Of a stretch of DNA of 64,000 bases, positions 23,696-32,271 are shown in pieces. Source of the stretch: Escherichia phage D5505. A program made the translations under genes and the position numbers. The notes below the pieces were generated by a model. The model was not told where the DNA came from and did not search any database. It saw only the letters and a list, made by a program, of their open reading frames with translations. The DNA is taken from the sequence record MK327929.1. One strand, 5' to 3'. How positions within the stretch are numbered: position 1 is the first letter of the stretch; each line of letters starts with the position of its first letter.

Positions 23696-23749
23696 TCCTC
23701 ATGTTATGTCAGTAAGACTACTATAACACAACACGAGGGACTTGTAAAC
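23696..23749 (-). promoter_or_regulatory. early promoter + RBS cassette, copy 1 (GTTTAC -35, TATAGT -10, GAGGA SD)
   Basis: 54 bp identical to 39620-39673; -35 hexamer abuts stop of upstream alt-like gene. Confidence 0.7.
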
Positions 23750-25806
23750 TACATCTTGAACTTTTTAGACATTCCGTTGATGTTAACCAAAGAAGCTAAG
23801 ATTTGAGAAACTTCGTTTTCCTCTTCTTTTGATTCTTCTACAAGGAATTGATTAAATCCAGCCATTGGACGAACTTCACCAGTTTCCATCAAATGATCGC
23901 CATCATATACTGATTCTTCTAATTGCTCAGAAGGAGGAACGATTGTACCTTCGATTAGATACTTGTTATAAGCAGTTTCTTTCATAAAGTAAGTACTTAC
24001 TTTATTAATCTTCAGTAAAATTCCACGCGGTAGAATAACTTCAGCTTCTGATGGAAATCCTGATAAATGACCCGGAACGATAACTTTGATTCGCTCAGCT
24101 CCTTTAATTACCATACCCACGCTAGTTTCAGCATCTTCATTAGCATATGTAGAATGACTACCCATATGCATCAAATCTTCTGCATCAACGGAACCTTCTC
24201 CTTCACCAGAAAATACTGCACCGGAATCATCTAGAGCCATATAGTTTTTACCATGCTCGCCGAAGATATTTGGTTTAAGCGATGTAGATACGAAGTTCTT
24301 GAAATAGAACATTTTGTTTTCAATGTTATGACGCAAAGTTTTAAAGGTAACTTCTTGTCCGCGATAAAGCGTAGTTCCTGGAGGAAGAACTGAACCTTTA
24401 GCGAATGCAGAATCCAACGTCTCGATGTGCTTAATAGCTCGTTCCATATATTCTTCACGGGTAGAATCTGGTTTACCCAAAAGGAACGAGTTCATTTCAA
24501 CATATGAATCTGCACAATAATCTTCAATTACATCAGATTCGGCCTGAGTCAGTCCTTTTGGAGTTACTTCAGTGCTTGCGTATTCATATGCCTGGGCAGC
24601 AGATTCATTAATCAATTTATAAATGCCATTCATGACAAATTGAATAATAGCTGTCTTTTCATCTGGCGTAGCTTTAGAACCTTTAACTAAATCATTAATA
24701 ATTTTCTTAATAACATCAAAGCTATTAGAAATATTAATGTCAGCAAGATCGCTTAAAATTTTATCAGTTTTATAATCAAAGAATTCTTTATTCTTTAAAT
24801 ATTCTTGAGAACCTTGATATGTTATATCGCTCTGCAACTTGATAGATGGATCACGTAAACGTGCATGGGCCAATGCAATATGATTTCGGAAGCTTTCTAG
24901 TTCATAATCGCTAGATTTAAAACGAGAAGCACTTCTCATACCACCGATAGCTCCTTTGCTGAAGTTTGAACCAATCTGGATAACGCCAGAGTTCATTGGT
25001 CCTTCTGCTTTATATACCGGAACTTTAGATTCAAACTCTTGATATTTCTTGGCAGCGAAGCTATCACCCTGTAGCGAAGCATCGACAGTAGAATATTGAG
25101 CTTGTGCTGCTAATCGACGACTAATTTTAGTTTTTTGAATAACAGCTTGATCCGTGCGCTTATCATTTTCTAAAGCAATAGAAGCAGCAACAGCGACAGC
25201 TTTAGGAACAGCATTACCTGTTTTAACATCTACATAAACATCACCGACCTTCGATTCAACTTTTGTGAATAACTCAGTTGAAATAGGAGGTACACCTGGA
25301 ATGTCTTCTAAATTGGCATTTTTACGGTAAACCATAATATATGCATACTTTTTATCATAGTCCCAGATTTCCTTTAAAAGAACATATCGACCTGCTCCTT
25401 TAGTACGTACTAAACGGTCAGCAATAACTTGCATTTGACGAGCAGCGCCATTTGTTTTACTCTTTAGTACGCGGAATAAGCATGCATCAATTTTATACTG
25501 TTTCATTGTTTGAAGAGCAGTATCAAAAACAGCGTTAATGACGCCAATTGGATTTCCACCCAAGTTTCTAAGTTTAACCAGTGATAATTTCTCGTTGACA
25601 CCTATCATTACGATATGCATCATTTTATCGCCCGGCTTAACGTTTTTATTTGTATCACCTCCAGAGGTGTATGTACAAAATCTAAATCCAGGAAGCACGC
25701 TTTCTTCGCCGGCTTGAATAGCAAAAATTTGAGGTATTTTATGCTTAGGATTTAAGTTAACAACCGGCGCCGAAGCGCCGTCAAATAATTCTGTAATAAG
25801 TTCCAT
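23749..25806 (-). CDS. Alt-like ADP-ribosyltransferase, paralogue 2
   Basis: 685-aa ORF; N-terminal half near-collinear with the adjacent 683-aa ORF; C-terminal R (LYRGQ), STS (FVSTSL), ExE (SEAEV) ART-type motifs. Confidence 0.75.
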   Translation of the reverse strand: MELITELFDGASAPVVNLNPKHKIPQIFAIQAGEESVLPGFRFCTYTSGGDTNKNVKPGDKMMHIVMIGVNEKLSLVKLRNLGGNPIGVINAVFDTALQTMKQYKIDACLFRVLKSKTNGAARQMQVIADRLVRTKGAGRYVLLKEIWDYDKKYAYIMVYRKNANLEDIPGVPPISTELFTKVESKVGDVYVDVKTGNAVPKAVAVAASIALENDKRTDQAVIQKTKISRRLAAQAQYSTVDASLQGDSFAAKKYQEFESKVPVYKAEGPMNSGVIQIGSNFSKGAIGGMRSASRFKSSDYELESFRNHIALAHARLRDPSIKLQSDITYQGSQEYLKNKEFFDYKTDKILSDLADINISNSFDVIKKIINDLVKGSKATPDEKTAIIQFVMNGIYKLINESAAQAYEYASTEVTPKGLTQAESDVIEDYCADSYVEMNSFLLGKPDSTREEYMERAIKHIETLDSAFAKGSVLPPGTTLYRGQEVTFKTLRHNIENKMFYFKNFVSTSLKPNIFGEHGKNYMALDDSGAVFSGEGEGSVDAEDLMHMGSHSTYANEDAETSVGMVIKGAERIKVIVPGHLSGFPSEAEVILPRGILLKINKVSTYFMKETAYNKYLIEGTIVPPSEQLEESVYDGDHLMETGEVRPMAGFNQFLVEESKEEENEVSQILASLVNINGMSKKFKM

Positions 25807-25809
25807 GAT

Positions 25810-27861
25810 TTATCCTTGAACGAACTTGTAAGGCATGTTTGCAATATCTATGCAAGACGCAATAATTCCAAGAGATGATTCTACTTTCTGTTTAACATTT
25901 GATGAAACAAATGATGCAAAGTCAACTCTATCTTCTATATCACCTGTCATTGTAACCAATTCACCAGTTTCCATTAAATGGTCTCCGTCATAGATTACCG
26001 ATTCGGTGAGTTCTTCTGTGGTCATAACTTCAGCTTGAATAAGCTTGTTGTTAGTTTTAACTGTTCCATCATTGTAAGATGCATCGGTTATTTTATTAAC
26101 TTTGACCATTAATCCACGTGGCAAAATGACTTCCATTTCATTTGAAGGTGCTAAACTTCCACCGGGTAAAACAACATTGACCTTATCAGCCCCAGTAATA
26201 ACCCATCCAATTCCAACTAAATTATCGCTAGAATTTACTAGTCCTTCATCAGTTTTATCAATAGAAACACTTAGACGCTTTTCGTCTGGTAAAACACCTA
26301 CAGATGAATCAGTCATCCAAGTACCAAAAATATTTGGATATAATGATGTTGACACAAAGTTTCTAAAATAAAAAACTCGATTTTTTACCATTGCTTCATA
26401 TATTGAAGGTAACATTCGTTGTGAACGATACAAAGTAATACCTTTTGGTAATCGTTCACCATTTTTAAAGGCTGAATCTAAATTATCAATAGCTTTTTCT
26501 ATGTCAGATGCTGTCAAAATACTTGTACGCTCATCTGGATTATATAATCCCAAAAGAGCATTATTTATATCTACATATCCTGAACCTACGTATTCACGAA
26601 TTCCGCGTTTTTGCGCCGGTGTGTATTTAGATGAATCTTTATTTTCGACTATAGGATGTAATGACCATCCAGCTGTAAGAGCATATCCACGTAATTCTCT
26701 TCGAATAATCTTTGTTTTTATTGCATTCCAAGAATTTTGTACTAACTCATTTGCAGCATCTTGATTTAAATGCGAATGTTTGTTAATATTTCTTTCAAAC
26801 CAAGCACCTTTATATTTTTCTAAAGTATCATCGACGATAGAAGCAATAGTTTCTAAAGTTTTTATTGAAGTAATAGATTCTTTTCGTAATCTTTCTAAAG
26901 CTTTATTTTTTATTTCTGTATTAACATCAGATTCTTTATCTTCAGGAATTATAGAAGCTTCTCTGAATGCCATTCCAGCTGTAACACTATTAAGAGCATT
27001 CTCTAATGCAAATCCTGAAGTAGAAATAACAGTTAATTCGTTAGCATCGGAAATTAAAGGCGCATCAGCGGGTTTATTTAATTCTGCTGCTGAAGCCTCA
27101 AATTTTTGAAACATCGGTGTTTCAAATCTAGAAGATTCCAATGATTGACTTTGCGCAATTGCTCTACGGGAAATTTTAACTTTAACGATTACAGCTTGGT
27201 CAGAACGTTTATCATTTTCTTGTGCAATAGATGCTGCAATTGCCTCATTTTTAGTTACTTGAGCTCCAGTATCTTTATTGATATAAACATCACCGACCTT
27301 CGATTCAACTTTAGTAAAGAGCTCGGTACTAATTTCTGGAACTCCTGGAATGTCTTCTAGTGATACATTTTTGCGATGTATAAGAATATATGCATACTTT
27401 TTATCATAATCCCAGAGTTCCTTAAGAAGGACGTATCTGCCACCTGAACGACTACGGATAAGTCTATCAGCAATAACTTGAATTTGTCGAGCTTGACCAG
27501 CGGTTTTAGACTTAAGAATACGGAGCATACAAGCATCAATTTTATATTGACGCATTGTTTGCATTGCAACAGTAAAAACTGAATTGATATAATTAATTGG
27601 GCTTGGCCCAAGACCTTTCAATTTAGCAATTGAACCTTTAGCGGTTAATGTAAAAGGAACAATATGCATCATTTTATCGCCCATTTTTAAATCGCGATTA
27701 GTATCACCTCCAGATGTATAGGTACATAAACGAAAGCCTGGCTGTTCAATTGCATCATCAACGTGAACTGAAAAAATTTGCGGTATTTTCTTCTTTGGAT
27801 TTAAGTTTGTAATCGGAAGAGTAGTATCTTCGTCAAATAATTCTGTAATGAGTTCCATCAT
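25810..27861 (-). CDS. alt: Alt ADP-ribosyltransferase (virion-packaged, modifies host RNA polymerase)
   Basis: 683-aa ORF (T4 Alt ~682 aa) adjacent to gene 30; R (LYRSQ), STS, ExE (NEMEV) motifs. Confidence 0.8.
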   Translation of the reverse strand: MMELITELFDEDTTLPITNLNPKKKIPQIFSVHVDDAIEQPGFRLCTYTSGGDTNRDLKMGDKMMHIVPFTLTAKGSIAKLKGLGPSPINYINSVFTVAMQTMRQYKIDACMLRILKSKTAGQARQIQVIADRLIRSRSGGRYVLLKELWDYDKKYAYILIHRKNVSLEDIPGVPEISTELFTKVESKVGDVYINKDTGAQVTKNEAIAASIAQENDKRSDQAVIVKVKISRRAIAQSQSLESSRFETPMFQKFEASAAELNKPADAPLISDANELTVISTSGFALENALNSVTAGMAFREASIIPEDKESDVNTEIKNKALERLRKESITSIKTLETIASIVDDTLEKYKGAWFERNINKHSHLNQDAANELVQNSWNAIKTKIIRRELRGYALTAGWSLHPIVENKDSSKYTPAQKRGIREYVGSGYVDINNALLGLYNPDERTSILTASDIEKAIDNLDSAFKNGERLPKGITLYRSQRMLPSIYEAMVKNRVFYFRNFVSTSLYPNIFGTWMTDSSVGVLPDEKRLSVSIDKTDEGLVNSSDNLVGIGWVITGADKVNVVLPGGSLAPSNEMEVILPRGLMVKVNKITDASYNDGTVKTNNKLIQAEVMTTEELTESVIYDGDHLMETGELVTMTGDIEDRVDFASFVSSNVKQKVESSLGIIASCIDIANMPYKFVQG

Positions 27862-27895
27862 ATCCTCTCTAGTGTTTATTCTATTTATAAAATTA

Positions 27896-27913
27896 AAGGC
27901 CCGAAGGCCTTTA
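27896..27913 (-). terminator. stem-loop AAAGGCC-TTCG-GGCCTTT overlapping stop of upstream small gene
   Basis: 7-bp perfect stem with UUCG loop between small ORF and alt. Confidence 0.45.
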
Positions 27914-28099
27914 ATAATCTATTGGTAAGAGAGTACGGTATATTTCAAACTTTGGACCTTTTTCATAGGCATCAAATGTTTCTGTGAATTTATTATAAGC
28001 ATATGCATCTACAAATTCGAGAATGACTTGTGATACAGAAGTAGAAACATCTCCACCTTCTTTTTGAGCAATGACAATTGTTTCTAAGTAAGCTTTCAT
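27911..28099 (-). CDS. hypothetical small protein
   Basis: 62-aa ORF, start overlaps gene 30 stop. Confidence 0.5.
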   Translation of the reverse strand: MKAYLETIVIAQKEGGDVSTSVSQVILEFVDAYAYNKFTETFDAYEKGPKFEIYRTLLPIDY

Positions 28100-29559
28100 A
28101 GACCAGTTACCTCATGAAAATCACCAAATACATCCTCGAATGTATTAGCTTTAGTTTTATCTTCACGTAAACGAATCGCAATCGGAAGAAATAATTTAAC
28201 GTAATCAGTGCGGCCATCAGATTTTAACCAACCGTTGCATTCGCACTCTAGAATTTTTCCAATATAATAATTTTGGTTTTCCATAATGCGAGTACGGTCA
28301 AGTTCATGCGATTTTACACCGGCTTTATCTTTTAAGCCTGAACCAGCATTTACTTTAATTTTTCCACACTCTGACTCAAGAATAAATCCACCTGCTTTAG
28401 TAGGGTCTTTACGGTGAGGATAAATTCCTACAATTTTTAAATCAACATCAATTACTTCTTTAAATTTATAGAGATTTTTTGAACGAGCATTTTCCCATAA
28501 TCCATCGATATTTTTGAGAATAATACCTTCAAGACCTTGGTCAATATACTTTTTATAAATTACCTTAGCTTCATCTAGGTTATTTACTACCTGGTTTTCA
28601 ATTAAAATTACTTTATCATATCCCGATGTCATTTGTTCTAGTTTAGAAAAACGTACATCATATTTTAAACGAAACGCTGGAAGACCGTATATTTCTACCA
28701 ACGGGACATAATCCCAGACCTGAAACTTCATACATTGAGCTTCTTTTTCAGAAATGGTTCCTTTTAAGGATTTATTGGCGATTCCATTAGAAGTAGTACG
28801 AGATTCCGCTACTTCGGCGAATTCTTTGGCTTTACTAATTTCAGGATAAGCATCAAAAAGAAAATCTAGGCCTTCTGGTTCCTTTTTAACTTGCTCATGG
28901 TATACCAATTCGCCATCAATTAACACACCTTCTGGATGAATCTGGCGGGCTTCAGCAGTCATTTTGATTAACTCTTCCTTAAGAAGATCTAATCCTAGAT
29001 ATTCATTACCAGCTCGTGATAAAAGACGAACATCATCTAATTCATCGCCTCGGACTTCAGCAAAACACCGAGCTCCATCTGCTTTTAACTGCGCAAAGGC
29101 TGGAAACTTGATATTCTTATTAATGCCTTTTTCATCATAAGAACTTGCAAGCATTTGAGGTTGTTCAGGAATTAAACCTGGCCAAACTTTATTTGCAATA
29201 GATACTGAAGCACCGCATTCAAGGTCTCGCATCATAACTCGACGCAAAACTTCAACATCATCCTTTTTACCATCAGTGATATATCCAGTTAATTCCTCAA
29301 TTGCAGCATTTCCAGTCAATTTCCGAGTAGCTAACGTGAATTCAATGAAGTCAAGCATATCGGTAATAGTCAGCATTCCAAAACTCTGGGTAGCAATACC
29401 CGGTTTAGGCCATTTCTTGATATAATACTGTAACCCACGAGAATAAGTCAGACGATATACTCGTTTAAGCAATTCATTATCTTTATTCTTTTCAAGAATT
29501 GCTTGCTTCTGCTTAGTTGAACCAATAGATGCTATTTCGTTCAGAATTTTAAGAATCAT
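28096..29559 (-). CDS. 30: ATP-dependent DNA ligase gp30
   Basis: 487-aa ORF = T4 ligase length; adenylation motif KADGAR. Confidence 0.93.
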   Translation of the reverse strand: MILKILNEIASIGSTKQKQAILEKNKDNELLKRVYRLTYSRGLQYYIKKWPKPGIATQSFGMLTITDMLDFIEFTLATRKLTGNAAIEELTGYITDGKKDDVEVLRRVMMRDLECGASVSIANKVWPGLIPEQPQMLASSYDEKGINKNIKFPAFAQLKADGARCFAEVRGDELDDVRLLSRAGNEYLGLDLLKEELIKMTAEARQIHPEGVLIDGELVYHEQVKKEPEGLDFLFDAYPEISKAKEFAEVAESRTTSNGIANKSLKGTISEKEAQCMKFQVWDYVPLVEIYGLPAFRLKYDVRFSKLEQMTSGYDKVILIENQVVNNLDEAKVIYKKYIDQGLEGIILKNIDGLWENARSKNLYKFKEVIDVDLKIVGIYPHRKDPTKAGGFILESECGKIKVNAGSGLKDKAGVKSHELDRTRIMENQNYYIGKILECECNGWLKSDGRTDYVKLFLPIAIRLREDKTKANTFEDVFGDFHEVTGL

Positions 29560-29825
29560 TGTTCATCCTTTAGAGTTTGGTTTACAGCTCTATTATAAAT
29601 CAATTCATCATTAAGCTCAGTCAAAGACCTGTGGTACGTGGTTCTAACTTTATTTCCTTGCATCCAGTGCTTGACGTAAATGAAACCTTGCTCTACACAT
29701 TTTTTAAAAATTCGTTCGTCTTTTTGAGCTCGGAATTCTGGATTGCATCTAAAAAATTGATTTACGTGACCGTAATCACGTGTAGTATTACCTTCATTTT
29801 CATAAATAGTGTGAACAACAAACAT
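29556..29825 (-). CDS. hypothetical protein (30.1-like)
   Basis: 89-aa ORF with overlapping start/stop to neighbours. Confidence 0.55.
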   Translation of the reverse strand: MFVVHTIYENEGNTTRDYGHVNQFFRCNPEFRAQKDERIFKKCVEQGFIYVKHWMQGNKVRTTYHRSLTELNDELIYNRAVNQTLKDEQ

Positions 29826-30664
29826 TAGAATGCTCCTTGGAAAATATTATCACCACTAGTAAATCTATTAAAATATCCTGCATCACCAGGCTTAGTATAA
29901 CTCCACGTATGGAATGGATTCATATGATACGGGTGTGTATAATATGGATTATACGGATTAAATCCAGGAGTTCTCCAGGTAGTGTTCCAACGAAAAGAAT
30001 CGTTTTTAACCATCTTCTCAATTACATCTTTTATAGCTTTTTCACTATCAAAACTTTCTTTATTTTCCTTCGGTGAAAAAAGCTTATTTTCTACATCATT
30101 CCATGTATAAACTCGCTGCGCAGTTTTTGGAATATTGTCACGCTCTCCTCGAGCCATCCAATAAACAGGAACATTTAATATTTCACTCGCATGATCGCAG
30201 TGGTGGGCGAGATCGTCAATATAACAAATTACATTATATTTCTCTTTTGCCTTTTTGAATAACTCTTCTTTTGAAGAATCATGACCACACATCATTACTT
30301 CTGAGAAGGCACCAGGAAAAAGAGCATTCAAATTAAATTGACGATTCAGCAGAGCGTCAATAGAATCACCCAATGCTGTAACAGCTACAAAATTATAATC
30401 TTCTTTTAGTTTGTTAATTACGCACAGGGCATCTTTATATGGAGACAGGTAACGAATAAAATCTGATCGATTGTATTTTTCAATTAGCTTGGCACCAAGT
30501 TCTTCATCACAATTAAAGAGTTTACCCGGAGAAATAAATTTCTCATCTTGGATCATTTTTAAAATATGTTCTAACGGAAGATTATATTTCTGAGCAAAAT
30601 AAGGAAGACCTGATTGCCAGCTTAAACATACTCCATCAATATCAGTTAAAATAGTAGGCTTCAT
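29825..30664 (-). CDS. HAD-superfamily hydrolase-like protein (30.2-like) with Tyr/Pro-rich C-terminal tail
   Basis: 279-aa ORF; N-terminal ILTDIDGV resembles HAD motif I (DxDG[TV]); C-terminus NPYNPYYTHPYHMNPFHTWSY. Confidence 0.55.
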   Translation of the reverse strand: MKPTILTDIDGVCLSWQSGLPYFAQKYNLPLEHILKMIQDEKFISPGKLFNCDEELGAKLIEKYNRSDFIRYLSPYKDALCVINKLKEDYNFVAVTALGDSIDALLNRQFNLNALFPGAFSEVMMCGHDSSKEELFKKAKEKYNVICYIDDLAHHCDHASEILNVPVYWMARGERDNIPKTAQRVYTWNDVENKLFSPKENKESFDSEKAIKDVIEKMVKNDSFRWNTTWRTPGFNPYNPYYTHPYHMNPFHTWSYTKPGDAGYFNRFTSGDNIFQGAF

Positions 30665-31125
30665 AGAGAGTCTCTTAATAGGTTTAACACATCAATAAAT
30701 TCAGCTTCGGTTAGTATTGTATCATCTTTTGTTAGACCACTAGCCATGCTGTGCTTCAAAACTTTTCCTTTCGAGGCTTGTAATGCATCGCGAAAGCCCC
30801 TGTTTTGGAACGCTGCTTCAAAATATGCATTTGTGTATAATTCTTTCCACACTGGAGAGTATCTTGAAAACGGAACTCCAAGCCAGAAGAGGGTCCCACG
30901 GTCCTGAGCTCTAGCATAAGACCTTCCAGCTTGTTGGGCGGCAAGCCCGGATAACCCAAATATACGACGTTGCTGTTCAATATTTTTCACCTTACACCCT
31001 TGGAGGAATCCTTCGAGACCTCCAAATTGGATACCATCCATAACAAAAGGCCATTGGGCGAAATTACTTAATGCGCATGATGGCCATCTAAAATTGCTTC
31101 TAATCTCTAACTCAGACATTTTCAA
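30661..31125 (-). CDS. YbiA/NADAR (DUF1768) family protein (30.3-like)
   Basis: 154-aa ORF; SNFAQWPFVMDGIQF resembles E. coli YbiA SNFAAWPIKVDGKTW. Confidence 0.6.
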   Translation of the reverse strand: MKMSELEIRSNFRWPSCALSNFAQWPFVMDGIQFGGLEGFLQGCKVKNIEQQRRIFGLSGLAAQQAGRSYARAQDRGTLFWLGVPFSRYSPVWKELYTNAYFEAAFQNRGFRDALQASKGKVLKHSMASGLTKDDTILTEAEFIDVLNLLRDSL

Positions 31126-31318
31126 TACTTATAATTTCAACATCAGCCCAATGACCATAGCAAGGAAGACGAAATTCAACTGGCCAGTTAGGGTCCTTTT
31201 CTAATATAATAGACTTAACTTGTGGTTCTTCGTGTTCATCAGTATATGGATTTTTATCTGTTACTTTATATGTGACCTTAATGTACTGAATTCCAAAAAT
31301 CTTATTAATTATATTCAT
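31112..31318 (-). CDS. hypothetical small protein
   Basis: 68-aa ORF, overlaps neighbours. Confidence 0.5.
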   Translation of the reverse strand: MNIINKIFGIQYIKVTYKVTDKNPYTDEHEEPQVKSIILEKDPNWPVEFRLPCYGHWADVEIISIENV

Positions 31319-31512
31319 ACTAATTCCTTTAATCCGTAGATAGGAGATAATTCATCACCCATACGAAGGTCTTCATTTCCATCTACCCAGGAAACAATAT
31401 AAGCCTCTTTTATTTGAATACCACTCCATTTAAATGGAGGTAGAACCTTAGAAATTAATCCAGGTATACCAACTCCCTTTAATTCAACAGTTTGACCTAA
31501 AAAGAATTTCAT
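31315..31512 (-). CDS. hypothetical small protein
   Basis: 65-aa ORF, start overlaps upstream stop. Confidence 0.5.
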   Translation of the reverse strand: MKFFLGQTVELKGVGIPGLISKVLPPFKWSGIQIKEAYIVSWVDGNEDLRMGDELSPIYGLKELV

Positions 31513-31798
31513 TAAAACCTCATCTGAAAACCGTGCGATTTAACATTACCGCCATTAATATCAGAACTATTAATTTCACGTGCAATTGAGGGATCAATGT
31601 CAATTTCGCGATTGAGTTTAGTGATAGCTAAAGTATCGCGCCCATTTACAGTACGGAACTCTAAAGGGCAGACTACATTAACGTAGTTTTTAATCGATTC
31701 ACTGGTAGGTTGCAAATGTGCAGGAAGGTCTTTAGGCGCCTTTGAGAAAACCACTTCACAAAATTTTTACGGGTATCAAAATAAGTAGTCATAAACAT
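31512..31798 (-). CDS. hypothetical protein with split reading frame (ATG+SD in one frame, 80-codon body in -1 frame)
   Basis: ATG 31798 preceded by GAGGAA; body ORF 31512-31754 has only a GTG without SD; frames overlap at A_AAT_TTT (31760-31766). Confidence 0.4.
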
Positions 31799-31811
31799 AA
31801 CATTTTCCTCA

Positions 31812-31830
31812 GTAAGGGGCCAAAGCCCCT
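31812..31830 (-). other. intergenic stem-loop GGGGC-TTTG-GCCCC
   Basis: Perfect 5-6 bp GC stem between two minus-strand genes; possible processing/terminator site. Confidence 0.4.
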
Positions 31831-31838
31831 CATTTATT

Positions 31839-32204
31839 TTAAATATCAAATTCGTTAAGAACTACATCAAAGATTGCTTCAAGATGCTCAGGTTTAGCTC
31901 TGTTACTCAGAATATGACGAATCCAAGTTTTAACCAAAAGCTTGCGATTAACGCCATTCCAGCAAGGATGAGTCCCTAAATCGCGTTCACGGAAATCATC
32001 ATCCAGAGCGATTTTAAAGTTGGAACCTTCCATCGTGATTGAAACCGTGATACCGTTTTCAAATCGCATATAAACGTAATTAGGAGTCATATACTGCTCA
32101 ATTTCGCATACTGATCCATTTTGATGTTTCCAAAGGCAAATAGTATCAATAGAACCTGCAATACCATTAGAAACATATTTACGTTCAAAGTTGATGTAGT
32201 TCAT
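31839..32204 (-). CDS. hypothetical protein
   Basis: Track ORF starts at TTG 32216; first ATG at 32204 gives 121 aa. Confidence 0.5.
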   Translation of the reverse strand: MNYINFERKYVSNGIAGSIDTICLWKHQNGSVCEIEQYMTPNYVYMRFENGITVSITMEGSNFKIALDDDFRERDLGTHPCWNGVNRKLLVKTWIRHILSNRAKPEHLEAIFDVVLNEFDI

Positions 32205-32229
32205 TTTATTATCCAAGATGTTTAATTGC

Positions 32230-32269
32230 GGTACAGGTATATAATATCATATCCTGTACCAAAGTAAAC
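32230..32269 (-). promoter_or_regulatory. early promoter with embedded stem-loop (GTTTAC ... GGTACAGG-loop TATTAT-CCTGTACC)
   Basis: -35 GTTTAC, 17-nt spacer, -10 TATTAT; 8-bp perfect inverted repeat flanks the -10. Confidence 0.6.
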
Positions 32270-32271
32270 AA

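Noticed and set aside
26102-27360. Four plus-strand ORFs (71-109 aa) opposite the alt genes
   Set aside because: Antisense to long, well-supported minus-strand genes; low-complexity products and no RBS.
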